In this document: one piece after another, positions 1 through 11,951 of the stretch
How the letters are laid out: each line of letters begins with the position of its first letter
Numbering within the stretch: the stretch's first letter is position 1
From: Camelus ferus
Taxonomy: Eukaryota
Assembly (NCBI RefSeq): GCF_009834535.1
Contig: NC_045697.1
Span: 70,062,001 to 70,126,000, forward strand
Direction of reading: 5' to 3'
DNA length: 64,000 nt
The notes under the pieces: generated by a model
What the model was told of the DNA's origin: nothing
Databases searched by the model: none
What the model saw: the letters and a program-made list of their open reading frames with translations, nothing else
Program-made: the position numbers and the translations under genes

Positions 1-173
1 GACTAACTAGGATCTGGTTACCAACAGAGCTGTCAGCACACTCAGGTCACCTATTAGTCCCTTAAGTGTTTCCTTCTAGCTATCAGTGTCAGAAATTCAG
101 ACACTGTGAAATTATAGCTGTTAGTTCAGCTTGGTTAAATGTGATTAACAGATGAATTTGCTCAATTCTTCAG

Positions 174-344
174 GGTAGCTGTGGTAATATCTGGTGACAT
201 CACAGTGGACTCTGCTTTTGTGAAAGCTGGCCTGGAAATCAGTGCGGAAACAGAAGCAGGCTTGGAGTTTATCTCCACAGTGCAGTTTTCTCAGTACCCG
301 TTCCTAGTCTGCCTGCAGATGGACCGGGATGCAGCTCCGTACAG
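174..344 (+). CDS. MTTP: Microsomal triglyceride transfer protein large subunit, penultimate coding exon (171 nt)
   Basis: Acceptor ttcttcag|G at 173/174 and donor AG|gtaaga at 344/345. Translates (R)[56 protein letters not shown](R), recognisable as the MTP C-terminal lipid-binding region. Its phase is compatible with the next exon. Confidence 0.96.
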
Positions 345-1846
345 GTAAGAAGCAAAGCTTGTCAAATGTTCCAGGGCTATCTCCAGCTCACCAGAACCTC
401 CCATTCTGTTTTGAGTGTTCAGTTTCAGAAATTAAAAGAAAACAGTAAAAAAAACCAGTGGAACATGAATTTTCTTTAAATGAGTAAAAGAATAATTAAG
501 ACTAAAACAAAAGTCAGTTTCTAGGATATTAAGAAACTGTAATGATTAGTTCAGTTGATTTAGGAGATAATACCATATTCTAGTCCAGAAATAATTTAGC
601 AAGGAAACCAAGGGATTTGATTTACCAGAAGAGTTGCCACATAGTTTCAGCAAAAATACTAGATGTATGTTTACTATCAGCTATTTTCACAAGTGTCTTC
701 TGGACAGAAAGCTCAAAACAAAATACCTGACAATCATTCACCATGGTTTAAGAGCCCAAATGAACTTACAATTTTTAGGTAGTCCATGCAACAGCAACTT
801 GAGCTGGTGTAAGTTTTGGCTCAAGCTTAAGAGTTTGGGATTTTGAATTAAAAAACTTTTTTTTTAGTAGAATACTTCATTTCTCAGAAACCACATGTGT
901 AATGGGCCAGGTGGCTTTCCCAACAGTCTTCCACTCTAGAATTGTCATTGACACTGTGCCCTTTGAATCTTGTAGCAATTACTTGTAACAAAACTATCAC
1001 AAGGAGGGAGGATGCTCTGGGTCTAGGGGGCACTGCCGCTTCTGTGGTAGGTGTAGAGGTCTCCTTGACACACACTCTTAGCCATGAAAAGAATGTGTAG
1101 CCTTAAAACAGAGAGCCATGTCCTGCATCATCTCCTTTGATAATAGGCCAGAGTTGAGCACCTTCATTATTTCACTAACATTTCATGATCCGTGTAAGGA
1201 ATGCTAGATGATATTAATACAAATATGAGCAGGTTATATTTTTACAGAAGAAAAGATGGTAGATTATAGTCGAATATTAAACTATGGCTAATTTATGCTA
1301 ACTTAACATCTACAATAAATCTTGATGCATTTAGAAACTCAACCTTCCAATGGTCAAAATGCAGTGACCAGCAGTCCAGGGACAAGGTGAACTGGTTTGG
1401 GTCCCCATTTCTCTCGGGCCAGAGCCCTGGGGATGTTTCTAGGTCAGTAATCTCAGCTTCAAATCAGTTGGTTTTGCTCCTTACTCAAAAGGGGAGTATC
1501 CCTGAGTGGGGCTCCTGGAATGAGGGCAGGGAGACATAGCAAGGCCCACAAAGCTTAGAGGTGTCTCCAAAGAGCTGAGAGGAATTTGGTCCTTCAGTCC
1601 AGAAAAATGAGTGACGAGACTCCCATATCCCAGGCACCTGAAGTGGATCTGCTGGTGTAAAAATAAACGAGAAGAAAAACAAAACCACCCATTCGTGGGA
1701 ATGAAAACTGGTCATCTTTGACACTCACAGCCTTTCTCAAATGGCTTTGAAACAAAAGCTTCAAGTGTTCACTCGACAACTTGGCTCTGACGGGTGTGGG
1801 ATGACTTTAATATGGGTGTAATTTTGCTATTGTTGTTGTTGTGCAG

Positions 1847-2018
1847 GCAATTTGAGACCAAGTATGAAAGGCTGTCCACAGGCAGAGGTTATGTCTCCCG
1901 GAAAAGAAAAGAAAGCCTGATAGCAGGATCTGAATTCCCACTGCACCAGGAGAACTCGGAGATGTGCAAGGCGGTGTTCGCTCCTCCACCAGAGAGCAGT
2001 TCCAGTGGTTGGTTTTGA
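1847..2018 (+). CDS. MTTP: MTTP last coding exon, ending at TGA 2016-2018
   Basis: Acceptor gtgcag|G at 1846/1847. Encodes [56 protein letters not shown], the MTP C-terminus. Confidence 0.97.
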
Positions 2019-2105
2019 AACTGACGGGTGAGCTCGCGCTGGAATCCATCTCCGCGGAAGGGCTGCACTGCCACGCGCTGGAGGACTTGCTCTCTGAGAG
2101 CACAG

Positions 2106-2113
2106 TGTTTACA
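2106..2113 (+). promoter_or_regulatory. miR-30 family 8mer seed site in the MTTP 3'UTR
   Basis: TGTTTACA about 90 nt after the stop codon. miR-30c is a known repressor of MTP acting through its 3'UTR. Confidence 0.7.
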
Positions 2114-2724
2114 TATTTACCTGTATTTAAGATTTTTGTAAAAAGCGATGGAAGAAACCTCACGTGATTCAATTTGGGCCTATTCAGTACCACCTACAGT
2201 GTCATTGTGAGCTGACGTATGTTTCACCTTTAGTAGCATTCTTAGTTTTCTTGTAGCTTTCTCAAATCCCATTTAGTATAGTGAAAATGGTTCTGCCCTG
2301 AGAAGTCGTTTGTAAAAAACAAACAAACAAACAAAAAACCATGAAACATACACTCAGGAGAGCCTAATTTTGTTTCAACAATTTTCAATCAATGAATATG
2401 GAAACCCTTGGTAGAATCTTACATGGCTTGTTTCTACCAAATACATTGCCCAATCAGGAAAAAACAGCCTTTTTTTTTTCTTTTGTGGGAGAGTCAGAGA
2501 AAGGAATAATGCTTTTAAAGGCTCTGTCAACCAACTTCAAGACTTAATCTTTATCTCTTCTGTTGTTAGTTTTGTTAAACATTGAGGGAGAAGGCACATG
2601 GAATTAACACTTACAATCTGATCTTTCTGCTGACCCTATTGTCAGATTGCTAGAAGAAAACCAATCAGTCCTCTGCCTTCTGTCCTTCAAAAATATTGGA
2701 CTTGGCACATAAGAATTAGAAATA

Positions 2725-2938
2725 ATTTAAAAAAAACCCAAATTTCTTCTGTATAGCACAGGGAACTATATTCAATATCTTGTAATAACCTTTAATGAAT
2801 AAGAATATTAAAACAAATATGTGTACGTCTATGCAGGACTGGGACGTTGTGCTGTACTCCAGAAATGGACACACTGGAACTGACTGTACTTCAAGAATAA
2901 TAATAAAAAGGCAGCACTTCTCAAACTATATAAAAAAA
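2725..2938 (+). mobile_element. 5'-truncated L1 3' end with a 14-bp target-site duplication
   Basis: L1 3'UTR-type sequence (tatagcacagggaactatattcaatatcttgtaataacc...gactgtacttcaa) with an A tail, flanked by AAGAATTAGAAATA at 2711-2724 and 2939-2952. Confidence 0.88.
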
Positions 2939-3384
2939 AAGAATTAGAAATACTAATTTCAGAAACTCCATTTGACTTTTTCTTGTGCTGTCTCTTTGAG
3001 ATGGTAATGTGCTTCGCTATCCTTTAAAAGGGATATCCTCACTTAGTCATCATTTCATCTTTCCTTCACTTGTTTTGAGGTTCCAGTCTGTTGGACTACA
3101 ATCTACAAAAGCCAGAATGGCTGAGAGAATTTAATGATGCTTGGAGAAACTGATGGATTTGGACTTGTAAAATGTGAAATCAAGAAAAGAATGTATTTAT
3201 ATAAATTGAAAGAACCACATTAACCACTTTTAAATATTTATTAGTAAAACAGATACATGTGTTGATAGTGATAAGCCCAAAACAGATAACAGGGGCTCAC
3301 TTGTCCGTAAAACACACACACATACACACGATGGAAGTTTAGCTAGCCCAGTGTTGGTTGTAAATTTAAAATGATGTGTCAAGA

Positions 3385-3390
3385 AATAAA
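3385..3390 (+). terminator. Candidate MTTP polyadenylation signal outside repeats
   Basis: AATAAA about 1.37 kb after the stop codon. It is the first canonical hexamer I found outside the L1 fragment. Confidence 0.35.
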
Positions 3391-4498
3391 TATTTGGAAT
3401 TCCTATTGAAGTGCTTTTGTCCATTACATTGAGCACCATATTTCTCAGTTCTTGCCACTTTCGGAGCCCAGACACATGTACAGCTAAGCCTCTCTAGCCC
3501 TGTAGAACAGACCAGATTCTCTAATAGATGGTCAGAGCCCTTTGGAAAATGGGCCATTGAAAATGGCAGCAATCAGAAGCTCTTAAGGACCTGTAAGCTT
3601 CGAAACAAGCTCTTAGTCCTGTTTTCATAAAGCTCTGGACCGGCACCCTTAGTGTCATGTTACTGAGAAGAGAAAAAGGACTAAATAACTGGAGTGGGTG
3701 GGGAGTAGTGTTGGTGGTGGTGTCACTGGCCCTGGAGGAAGCAGTCTGTAGAGGCCCTCGTGCTACAGCAAAAGCAAGTTGAGCCGAAGACGCCGTGGAC
3801 CAAGGAGACTCGGCCATGTGATGTTAACAAATCACAGCTGCTCCTCTGATGTGAAACAATAGCTTCCTTCAGAGTCATGACCCGGTGTCCTGGACACCTC
3901 TGTTACGCTGCTTCCCAGCTCCTCCGCCGGGCTGCGTCAAACACTGCCACCCATTTGGAGAATGGAGAGTACTTAGCAACTCTAACCTGCTCCAAAGAAA
4001 CAAGAAACCTGATGCATAGAACAAACATTAACTCCCTTCTAGATAAATGAGACAGAAATTTAAGAGGAACGGGGTGATAGTCCACGTTGTAAGTGACATA
4101 CTGGAGCCAGAAATATAACTGCTGTCCTCTGGTTCTGACCCCTGTTTCAAACATCAGTGTGAGACGGCTGACTTCCGCAGAGATGTCTGTCTGGGAACTG
4201 CCTCTGACACGAGTCCCTGTGCCTAGGCAGCTTCTCCCTGCAAACCTGAAGGATTTAGCCTGGCTGATTTTCTTCTACGGAGTCCTACAGCCATTCCCTG
4301 TCTGTCATTGGTATACCGCCCCGTGACAAGTTGCTCCCTGCGTCTCTGAATCTGACCACCTTCAAATGCATTTTTAAAGCTAACACTTATTTAGTGATTT
4401 TATGGGTGAGGTATTTTAAAGTATTTATGTATATTAAATTATTTAATTCTCACAACAGCCATATTTAACAGGTAGCATTATTATTTCCATGTTGTGGA

Positions 4499-4890
4499 CC
4501 AGCACTGTCCAATAGAAATGTAATGTGCACATAGATAATTTTAATTTATGTTTACAAATATAAATGTTTATAAGTATAAATGTATTTTAAAATAGCCATA
4601 AATACAAATGTATTTTTATAATTTAAATGTTAGTAAATATAAAGATAAACAAATTTAAATTTCTAGTAGTCATATTAAAACATAAACAGGTGAAATGAAC
4701 TTTAATCATATTTTTTTAACCTTGTATATCCAAAGTATTATCATATCAAATGGGATATTTTATTTTGGGGAGGAGGATTAGGTCTTGGAATTGTGATATA
4801 TAATTTGCATGTATAGCACATCTCAATTTGGATTAACTCATTTCAAGTGATGGCCACAGGTGGCTAATGGTTACTGAACTGGACACGACA
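4499..4890. mobile_element. MER33/MER3-like hAT-Charlie DNA transposon relic inserted in a MIR
   Basis: Starts cagcactgtccaatagaaat and ends ggctaatggttactgaactggaca. MIR-like sequence lies on both sides (about 4380-4498 and 4891-5030). Confidence 0.7.
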
Positions 4891-5530
4891 ATTATAGATG
4901 GAGAAACTGGTACACTGAAGACAAGTTAACTTGCCCCACAGGAGGCATTCTCTCAGCTAAGAAATGGTAAACCTAGAATTCACGTACAAGTAGTCTCACC
5001 CCAGAACCTGCTCTGTGAATCCACTACATTTCCCTGATTGTTTTGGTTTTTAAAAATTTGTTGCTAAAAGAATACAGATAACAGCAGGGAGCTTGAGAGG
5101 TCAAGAAAGAGAGTGATCACTGGAACCCAAATAGCCTGAGCTGTGTGGCACTATGGCCTTGAGTTAAAGGACACAAGCAGCCCTCACCACCTCCCCTGGA
5201 GGAAACCAGGGAAACAAACACTCTGACTTCACTTTCTTTCCTCTTTTGGATCTCCTGCCTGTGGTGCCTTGGCTGAAACCAACAGAAGCCAGAGGGCAAG
5301 AGTTCCTATTGATCCAGACTATCCACAAAGATGGAAAGGACGAGAGAGGGGTTTGGAGGAAAAACTGGAAGAAATTTAGCCCAGGTTTATATGATGGGCC
5401 CTTATCTACAATTTATTAATTTCTTTAATCAGTCATCTTACATAATATGGAGGGTCTATTAGGATCAATAAATGAGCTAGGTTAAAAAAAAGTTTGATAT
5501 GTTGCCTCTTCTCAAGAAACTCAGTGAAGT

Positions 5531-5693
5531 GGGGGTAGGTATAGCTCAGGTGGTAGAGTGCATGCTTAGCATGCACAAGGTCCTGGGTTCAATCCCCATT
5601 ACCGTCATTAAAAAATTAAACAAAACTAATAATAAATAAATAGACCTAATGGCCCACATCCTCCCAAAGAACAAAACAAACAAACAAACAAAA
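5531..5693 (+). mobile_element. tRNA-Ala-derived SINE (camelid Vic-1-like)
   Basis: tRNA-like head with A box (tagctcaggtgg) and B box (ggttcaatccc), AT-rich body and (AAAC)n tail. TSD aaactca(g/a)tgaagt at 5517-5530 and 5694-5707. Confidence 0.9.
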
Positions 5694-6719
5694 AAACTCA
5701 ATGAAGTAAGGAAATCAATACAATTAAAAATAATTTTAGTACAATGTATAAATGTTGTAAAAGAAATGTATTTGAAATCCTAAGAGAGCATAAAGAGAAA
5801 AAAGAAAAAAGAAAAAAGTCATCAAGGAGGTGAAACTTGAGCAAGGCCATATGATTTCTTTACCTCTCTCTCAGCTACTGCTTATCCAGAATTGGCCTCT
5901 TACTTTGTGTGTCAGATTCCCTTACTATCCAGGACACCTAAAACTCCCAAATGGGCTCAGGTCTGTTTACCTTCAGCCTGAGTGTGCAGACAAAATTCAC
6001 ACTCACAGGGCCCACTGTCCAATTGCATATTCTGTTTGATGATCTTGGAGAAGAATATAAGAATTTGTATCCATGGAAAGTCCACCATTGGAGGTTCATT
6101 AGCTAATCATTTACCTTCCATTGTGGGATTACAGTTAATTGAAAATGAACAAGTAATCTTTTGCTACCCTCCTCTTAATAAAAGTTTAATTTATTCACAG
6201 TTGACTTGGAACATCACATAAACCTGTATGCTATTTTCATCCTTCTATTTTTACTAGGAAGATTCCTGCCATAATCTTCTAGGATTACTTGTAAAATTTT
6301 GGACATTCTCTTTCTAGAACAGGCTTTAGGTTTAAATTTCCTGGTTCATTTGTAGGTGGAAGTGAGTCACAGTCACCTCCATTCTGTTCTGGGTTCCCTA
6401 TCTCTACTTTTTTCATACTTCTCCCATTCAGTTTGCCTGAAGATTAACCACATAAGCACAGTCATTAGTAAGATTTCAGTGTGAGATGAATCAAATTACT
6501 GAGATATGAAGAGATGCTTAGCAGTGGAAATGTTCTAATATAGCCTTCAGTTAGGGAAGAAGACACTGGCTCTTTAATAAAATCTAAGGAGGGCTGAGTG
6601 CATACAAAGCATTTACAGGATGAGCAGACAATTCCTAAGAATGGGAGTTACTGATAAATAACCAAAGTCTTCCAGAGTCTCCCTCTGCCTTTCTTACTTA
6701 CCAAACTTTCTATGTTGCA

Positions 6720-6960
6720 CCTGTTAGGGGCCGTGCACTGCTCTACTACTAGATGCTCTACTCAGAGGTATCCAATCGTTTCATTCTCATTACAATCCTA
6801 TACGGTAGAACTATTATACACCTCTTGTACATGGAGAACTGAAGCACAGAGAGATTCAGTGACTTGTCTGAGATCTCAGAGCTGGTGAAGAGCAGAGCCA
6901 GGGTTCAACCCAGGAGTCTTCCTCTAGAGTTCAAGCACGTGCCCATTGTACTCAGCTACC
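6720..6960 (-). mobile_element. MIR SINE relic
   Basis: MIR core gagaactgaagcacagagagattcagtgacttgtctgag...gggttcaacccagg. Confidence 0.65.
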
Positions 6961-7222
6961 TCCCCAGGATCCAGTCAGAGCCCCTAAGCCAGGAAGTCAA
7001 TTCCCTCTCCACACCCAGGTTCAACACTTCATTCCAGCCTCATCTGCACTGATCTTCACGAATGGCACCCCTCCTGTTCCTTCCACACGCCCTCTCCAGA
7101 CACACCACCATCCTTCTGCTCCACTTCCTCTGCTCTCATTCTTCTCCCCAACCCTTCCACCCAAATGAATCTTACCAAGCCCAACTCCCATTACATTTTC
7201 TGTGTATTGAAGCTGCCAGCTA

Positions 7223-7241
7223 CGGCGCCACCTGCTGCCCA
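7223..7241 (-). promoter_or_regulatory. Candidate CTCF site between the convergent MTTP and C4orf54 3' ends
   Basis: The minus strand reads TGGGCAGCAGGTGGCGCCG, a close match to the CTCF core, with CpGs retained. Confidence 0.55.
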
Positions 7242-7910
7242 GGTACCCTTATTACATCTACCACCCACTTGGGAATGAACCATACCAACCTGGGTGACTG
7301 CCTTTCTCTTTTGCCCCATGTCATTAAAAAATTACTTTTATTATGTAAATATCTTTATCTTCCCAAACAAAGGATGAAATTCTCAAGTTCAGGACCACGA
7401 TATATATCCTTAGTATCTCCCATGCAGCACACAGTCGGTGTTCAGTAACTACTGAACTATTCCCAGGGATTTCAGTGCCTTTGTAACTTTGAGGATGCTC
7501 AAACTGCTTCAGAACAGCTGAGGAGACATTGAAGCAGAAGGAGCCTACGGTCTGTCAGAGCCTTCATAGGAAAGCCATTCTCTTCGTGGTCCAGTGCACT
7601 TTGATTCCTCTCAAAAGAAAAAAAATAAAGGAGCCAACAGTAAAGGCTAGATGAACATTGCCCAAAAGGAAGAAAAGCAATATTTCTTAAGCACTATTTT
7701 TTTTAATGTTCACAAAACCTTTGAAACAGGCGTTTATTGTCTCCATTAAAAAATTAATGAGGAAAATGAGGACAGGAAAGGGATATCTCCCTGGGACTTG
7801 TGTGCTAAAGGGATGGGTCAAGAACAGACTTCTTTACTCTGGACATCAGCCTTCTTGCTTCCCTCCAAGAAAGTGGTCAGCTGTGGTGGCCAGTGCCTGG
7901 CGGTCCAGAG

Positions 7911-8098
7911 CAGTGGGTCTTAAAATTGTGTGCATGAGAGTCACCCGAAGGACTTGTTAAACCTCAGATTGCTCTGTCTCTTTCCCATTTTGGATTCAAC
8001 CGGCCTGAGGTTGGCTGAGGATTTGCACTGAAAACAAGTGAAGCTTCCCAAGTGAAGCCCACGCTGTTGGTATGGGGGCCACACTTTGAGACACTTGC
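7911..8098. mobile_element. MER5A-like DNA transposon relic
   Basis: cagtgggtcttaaa...gagtcacccgaaggacttgttaaa...ccacactttgagacacttg, about 190 bp. Confidence 0.65.
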
Positions 8099-8394
8099 TC
8101 TAGAGAAGAAGGAAGACACTTAAAATCATAAAACCTCTGGTCTCTCCTAAAGTTTGCATACTGTGTGTGTGCGTGTGGTGGGGCAGGGAGAACAGGAGGT
8201 GGTGAAAGTAAGAGTTTGTGCTTTCTGCAGTGATACACGCGTTTCAGCAAATCACAGAAGCTTCTCAAACCTCAGTCTTCAGGATCATTTTATGTGAGTG
8301 AAGTGCTAAAATACGAAGTTTCTGAATGGAGTGTCTACATGTTTGGGGGTAGATGGCTGTGAGACATCTGTGTCAATAGTTTTAAGAATGTTTA

Positions 8395-8790
8395 TGTCCT
8401 TTTATTCAGTAATTCAACCTAGAGGACTTTATCTCAAGGAAATCATCAGAGATACTTGGAAAGATTTGTGTTCAAAGTTGTTTGTTGAAACATCATTTTC
8501 ATAGCCCCAAACCATAAAAAACTAAGTAGTCGAAACTATGAGATTGATAAAACATATTATGATACAGCCATATGATGAAACAAGACAGAGCTGTCAAAAT
8601 CATTTATTTAAGAATATTGGAAAATAAGGAGGTAGGTTTATAATTTTATGAGGAAAAGAAATAGACTACAAAATAGTGTGTAAAGCCTCAAGTACACTCA
8701 CAAGTATTTATTTCTGGAGGCAACTTGCTTAGTGATTAAGAATTTAGAATATTTTAATATTTTCTAAATTTCCTTCAAAGAACATGCACT
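8395..8790 (+). mobile_element. Old L1 (L1M/ME-type) 3' fragment
   Basis: Degenerate L1 ORF2-end and 3'UTR motifs (cagtaattcaacctagagg, gataaaacatattatgatacagccatatgatgaaa). Confidence 0.5.
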
Positions 8791-9786
8791 ATTTTTATAA
8801 ATAGAAGCTATCTCAATACATGGATTGAGTATTTTTAAGCAACCTGTGTAGCAATGAACTTGAATTTTTCAGAAGCAGAAATGCTGACATGGAGAGGCAC
8901 AGTGTAGTAGTTAATATTTCTTGAATGCTACCTACAGGCTAGGGGTAATAGATAATATCTCATAATTCTCTCATTATAATAATATATAGTACCTCACATA
9001 TTGTATATATATTATAAAGCATTCTGCAATACTCTAGTGTGTGTTTGTGTGGCATTTACACGTATGTATAACAAAACCTGTTTTCACTCTCTATCCAGCA
9101 GTACTCAAGCTGTATAAGCGTTCAGAGAAGATTACACTCAAGGGACAATCTGTTGATCAGGTGGTAACTCCAAAGGGCAGAAACAAAGGTAGAAGTTTCT
9201 GCTATGTCTTTGATGATCATCTTTCCACAGCACTGCTGTTGGACAGACTTTCTGTCAAAGGGCTTGGGCCATGCTGCTTCTCCCTTTGGCAGCTCCCTGC
9301 CCCTTGCACAACTAAACAGCCTCCTCACTTTCAGTCTCTTGCTATGGTTCTGGGTTTTCTGGTTCTCTTCACACCTAGCCCTCTTCGCTCCCTGCCCACC
9401 CCATGCTGGGTTGTTGGCGCGGATCTCCTCTTTGTGGCTGTTGGCCAGTTTCCTCTTTCAATCTCCGTGCCTTCGACAGGGCTTAGACTGGAGAGCTTCC
9501 TCAGCGTATCAGGCATTCTCACCGTGTTTGAAGGCTTTCTGAAATCCTAACCTCTTCATGAATCAGAGCACCTGGCATATGGTCGGCATTCATTCATTCC
9601 TAAAGAACGTTGATTCCCTCTGCACTGGAGCCCTCTGAGACGCCAATGTATGCCCAACACACATACAAAACAGGCCAGCAAATCTTGTATATACCATTTT
9701 CATTCTAGGTTTTTTCTGGAATCTTTGACCAAGGCTACACTAACCTGAGAAATTACTTTGAAATTACTTTATAATTCCTTTTGAAA

Positions 9787-10375
9787 GAAACTACCTGTTA
9801 TATACCCCTGGGTGTATTTCTGAAAGAAACAAAAAAACTAATTTGAAGCGATACATGCACCCCAATGTCCATAGCAGCATTATTTACAATAGCCAAAATA
9901 TGGAAATAACCTAAGTGTCCATCAACAGATGACTGGATAAAGAATACATGGTATATAAATATAAAGGAGTACTACTCAGCCATAAAAAGAATGAAATTTT
10001 GCCATTTGCAGCAACATCGGTAGACTTGGAGGGCATTATGCCAAGTGAAATAAGTCAGAGAAAGACAAATACTGTATGGTATCATTTACATGTGGAACCT
10101 AAAATATACAACAAACTAGTGAATATAACAGAAATGAAGCAGACTCACAGATATAGAGAACAAACTAACGGTTACAGTGGGGAGAGGGAAGGGGGGAAGG
10201 GAGTAAGAGATACAAACTATTTTGTATAAAATAAGCTACAAGGATATATTGTACAACTTGGGGAATATAGTCCATATTTTATAATAATTATAAATGGAGC
10301 ATAACCTTTTAAAATTGTGAATCATTATATTGTACACCTGTAACATATAATATTGTACAACTATACTTCAAATAT
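9787..10375 (+). mobile_element. L1 3' end (end of ORF2 plus 3'UTR)
   Basis: Diagnostic L1 sequence: gatacatgcaccccaatgtccatagcagcattatttacaatagccaa...tactactcagccataaaaaagaatgaaattttgccatttgcagcaacat...caactatacttcaaa. Confidence 0.92.
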
Positions 10376-10431
10376 ATATGTATATATAATCTTAAGGAAG
10401 AATATCTGTTTGAAAACATTCCTTGATGAGG

Positions 10432-10923
10432 ATGGTGGTTTAAAACACATCCCTGAATTAGATATCCTTCCTGATGGGAGACTGCCCACTGAGTCTGGGT
10501 TCTGCGGTTTCTTGTCAAACAGAGTGTGGTGAGAGTGACACTGTGTCACTTTCTGTACTAGACCTTAAGAAATGGGCGGTGTCTGCTTCCTGCCTCTTGA
10601 GATACTCATTGTTGGAACCCAGCCACCATGTGTTGAGGAAGCCCAAGCAGCCTGTGGAGAGGCCCAGGCTGAAGAGGAATTGAGGCCCTCTGCTGGCTCC
10701 AGCTGACTCCAGGCTGACAGTGGGCATCAGCTTTCTAGCCATGTGAGTGAGCCATCTTGGAGACAGACTTTCCCTGGAAATCGAGCAGAGCCAAACCTTC
10801 CATGCTGAGCCCTGCCCAACTGCAGATTCATGTGCTAAACAGATTTTTTTCCCTAAACAGATGTTTTTTTTAAGCCATTAAATTTGGAGGTAGATTGTTA
10901 CTCAGCAATATACAACTAGAACA
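10432..10923 (+). mobile_element. MLT1-type MaLR solo LTR
   Basis: ggaacccagccaccatgtgttgaggaagcccaagcagcc, agccatgtgagtgagccatcttgga, and the terminal gttactcagcaatatacaactagaaca. Confidence 0.8.
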
Positions 10924-11864
10924 ATGGTTTTGGATCTAGCATAGGTGATCTGCTTTAGCAGGGCTTCATTAGGTGGTTAAATTGCTCTGTATAAGAAATA
11001 ATAGGAAATTAGAGGATTCTGAGTCAGGAGGCTTAGGAGCCGAGGAGGCAGAGGATGAAGAGAGGGAGAGGGCTCTGGCAATTGGGAGGATGACTAAAGC
11101 ACAAGTGAGCTCAACAGCCAGTGAAATTATCTAGTGCCAGAGACGGCACGGGGCTGTATAGGATGGGGACGCCAGGGTTCAGGTTTAAGATGTTTGCTAA
11201 TGCAGCTGGCTGCCGTGGGATGGAGCACCTGCTCATCTCCATCAAATGTGTCCTAAGCCTTCGGCAAAACCCCTGCCACACACCTACGTTCTCGAGTCAG
11301 GAATACTCAGCGTAGGACGGGTGTTCCGCAATGAAGCCTGTGAGGTCACACAATGCAGAGTAAACCAGTGCACATTTGAGGCAAAACAGAAGATGGAATT
11401 TCAGAATTAACTGGAAACAAGAGCTGGAGGCCAGTCAGGAAAATACAAGGCCTGGAACTGCCCTCAATTTTCTTTCTTGCCCTACAACCCCCGACCCTGG
11501 ACAAATGTGAGGAATCTAGGATGTATGTCTTTGTAAAGTGCGGGTTCAAGTCTTTGGGGGGCTTTAATCTTAAGGTTTTAGTGACTTCAGTTGACTAGTG
11601 GTTGACATGTGACAGCACTGATCCTCCCTGTGCAGGGGGTCCCCGAATGTGTGCCTCACATATTTAGGTTTTGAAGGGGATGACCACAGTGACTTTTGCG
11701 GGCCTCAGCATGGACCCTCAGGGACACTTGTTGTCCAGATTGCTTCTGGGTGTCAGTGGAGCATCACACACTTTGGTAGGTGCCCCTCAAATGCTACTTA
11801 ATAATGCCAGCTTTCTGGTCCGTCAGGTGACACGCTCTGGGTACAGGGAAAGACCGTACCAGAC

Positions 11865-11951
11865 TCTGACCTCCAGAACTGTAAGAGAATAAATTTGTAC
11901 TCTCTTAAGCCACCAAGTTTGTAGTTATCACAGTAAGAGAAAACTAACGCA
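11865..11951 (+). mobile_element. MLT1 LTR 3' fragment
   Basis: cctccagaactgtaagagaataaatttgtactctcttaagccaccaagtttgtag...aaaactaac. Confidence 0.7.

Noticed and set aside
1794..1846. Hydrophobic signal-peptide-like start ([17 protein letters not shown]) on the MTTP last-exon ORF
   Set aside because: This is translation of the intronic (TTG)n acceptor tract. The real exon starts at 1847.
5531..5607. tRNA-Ala-like sequences here and at about 31491, 39965 and 50495
   Set aside because: They have AT-rich bodies and A-rich tails, three have clear TSDs, and their stems are degenerate. They are SINE heads, not tRNA genes.
9041..9550. 169-aa ORF
   Set aside because: Non-ATG start, pyrimidine-rich low-complexity sequence, and no recognisable homology or splice support.
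9948..10229. 93-aa ORF with L1-like residues
   Set aside because: It is a degenerate L1 ORF2 end and 3'UTR, not a gene.
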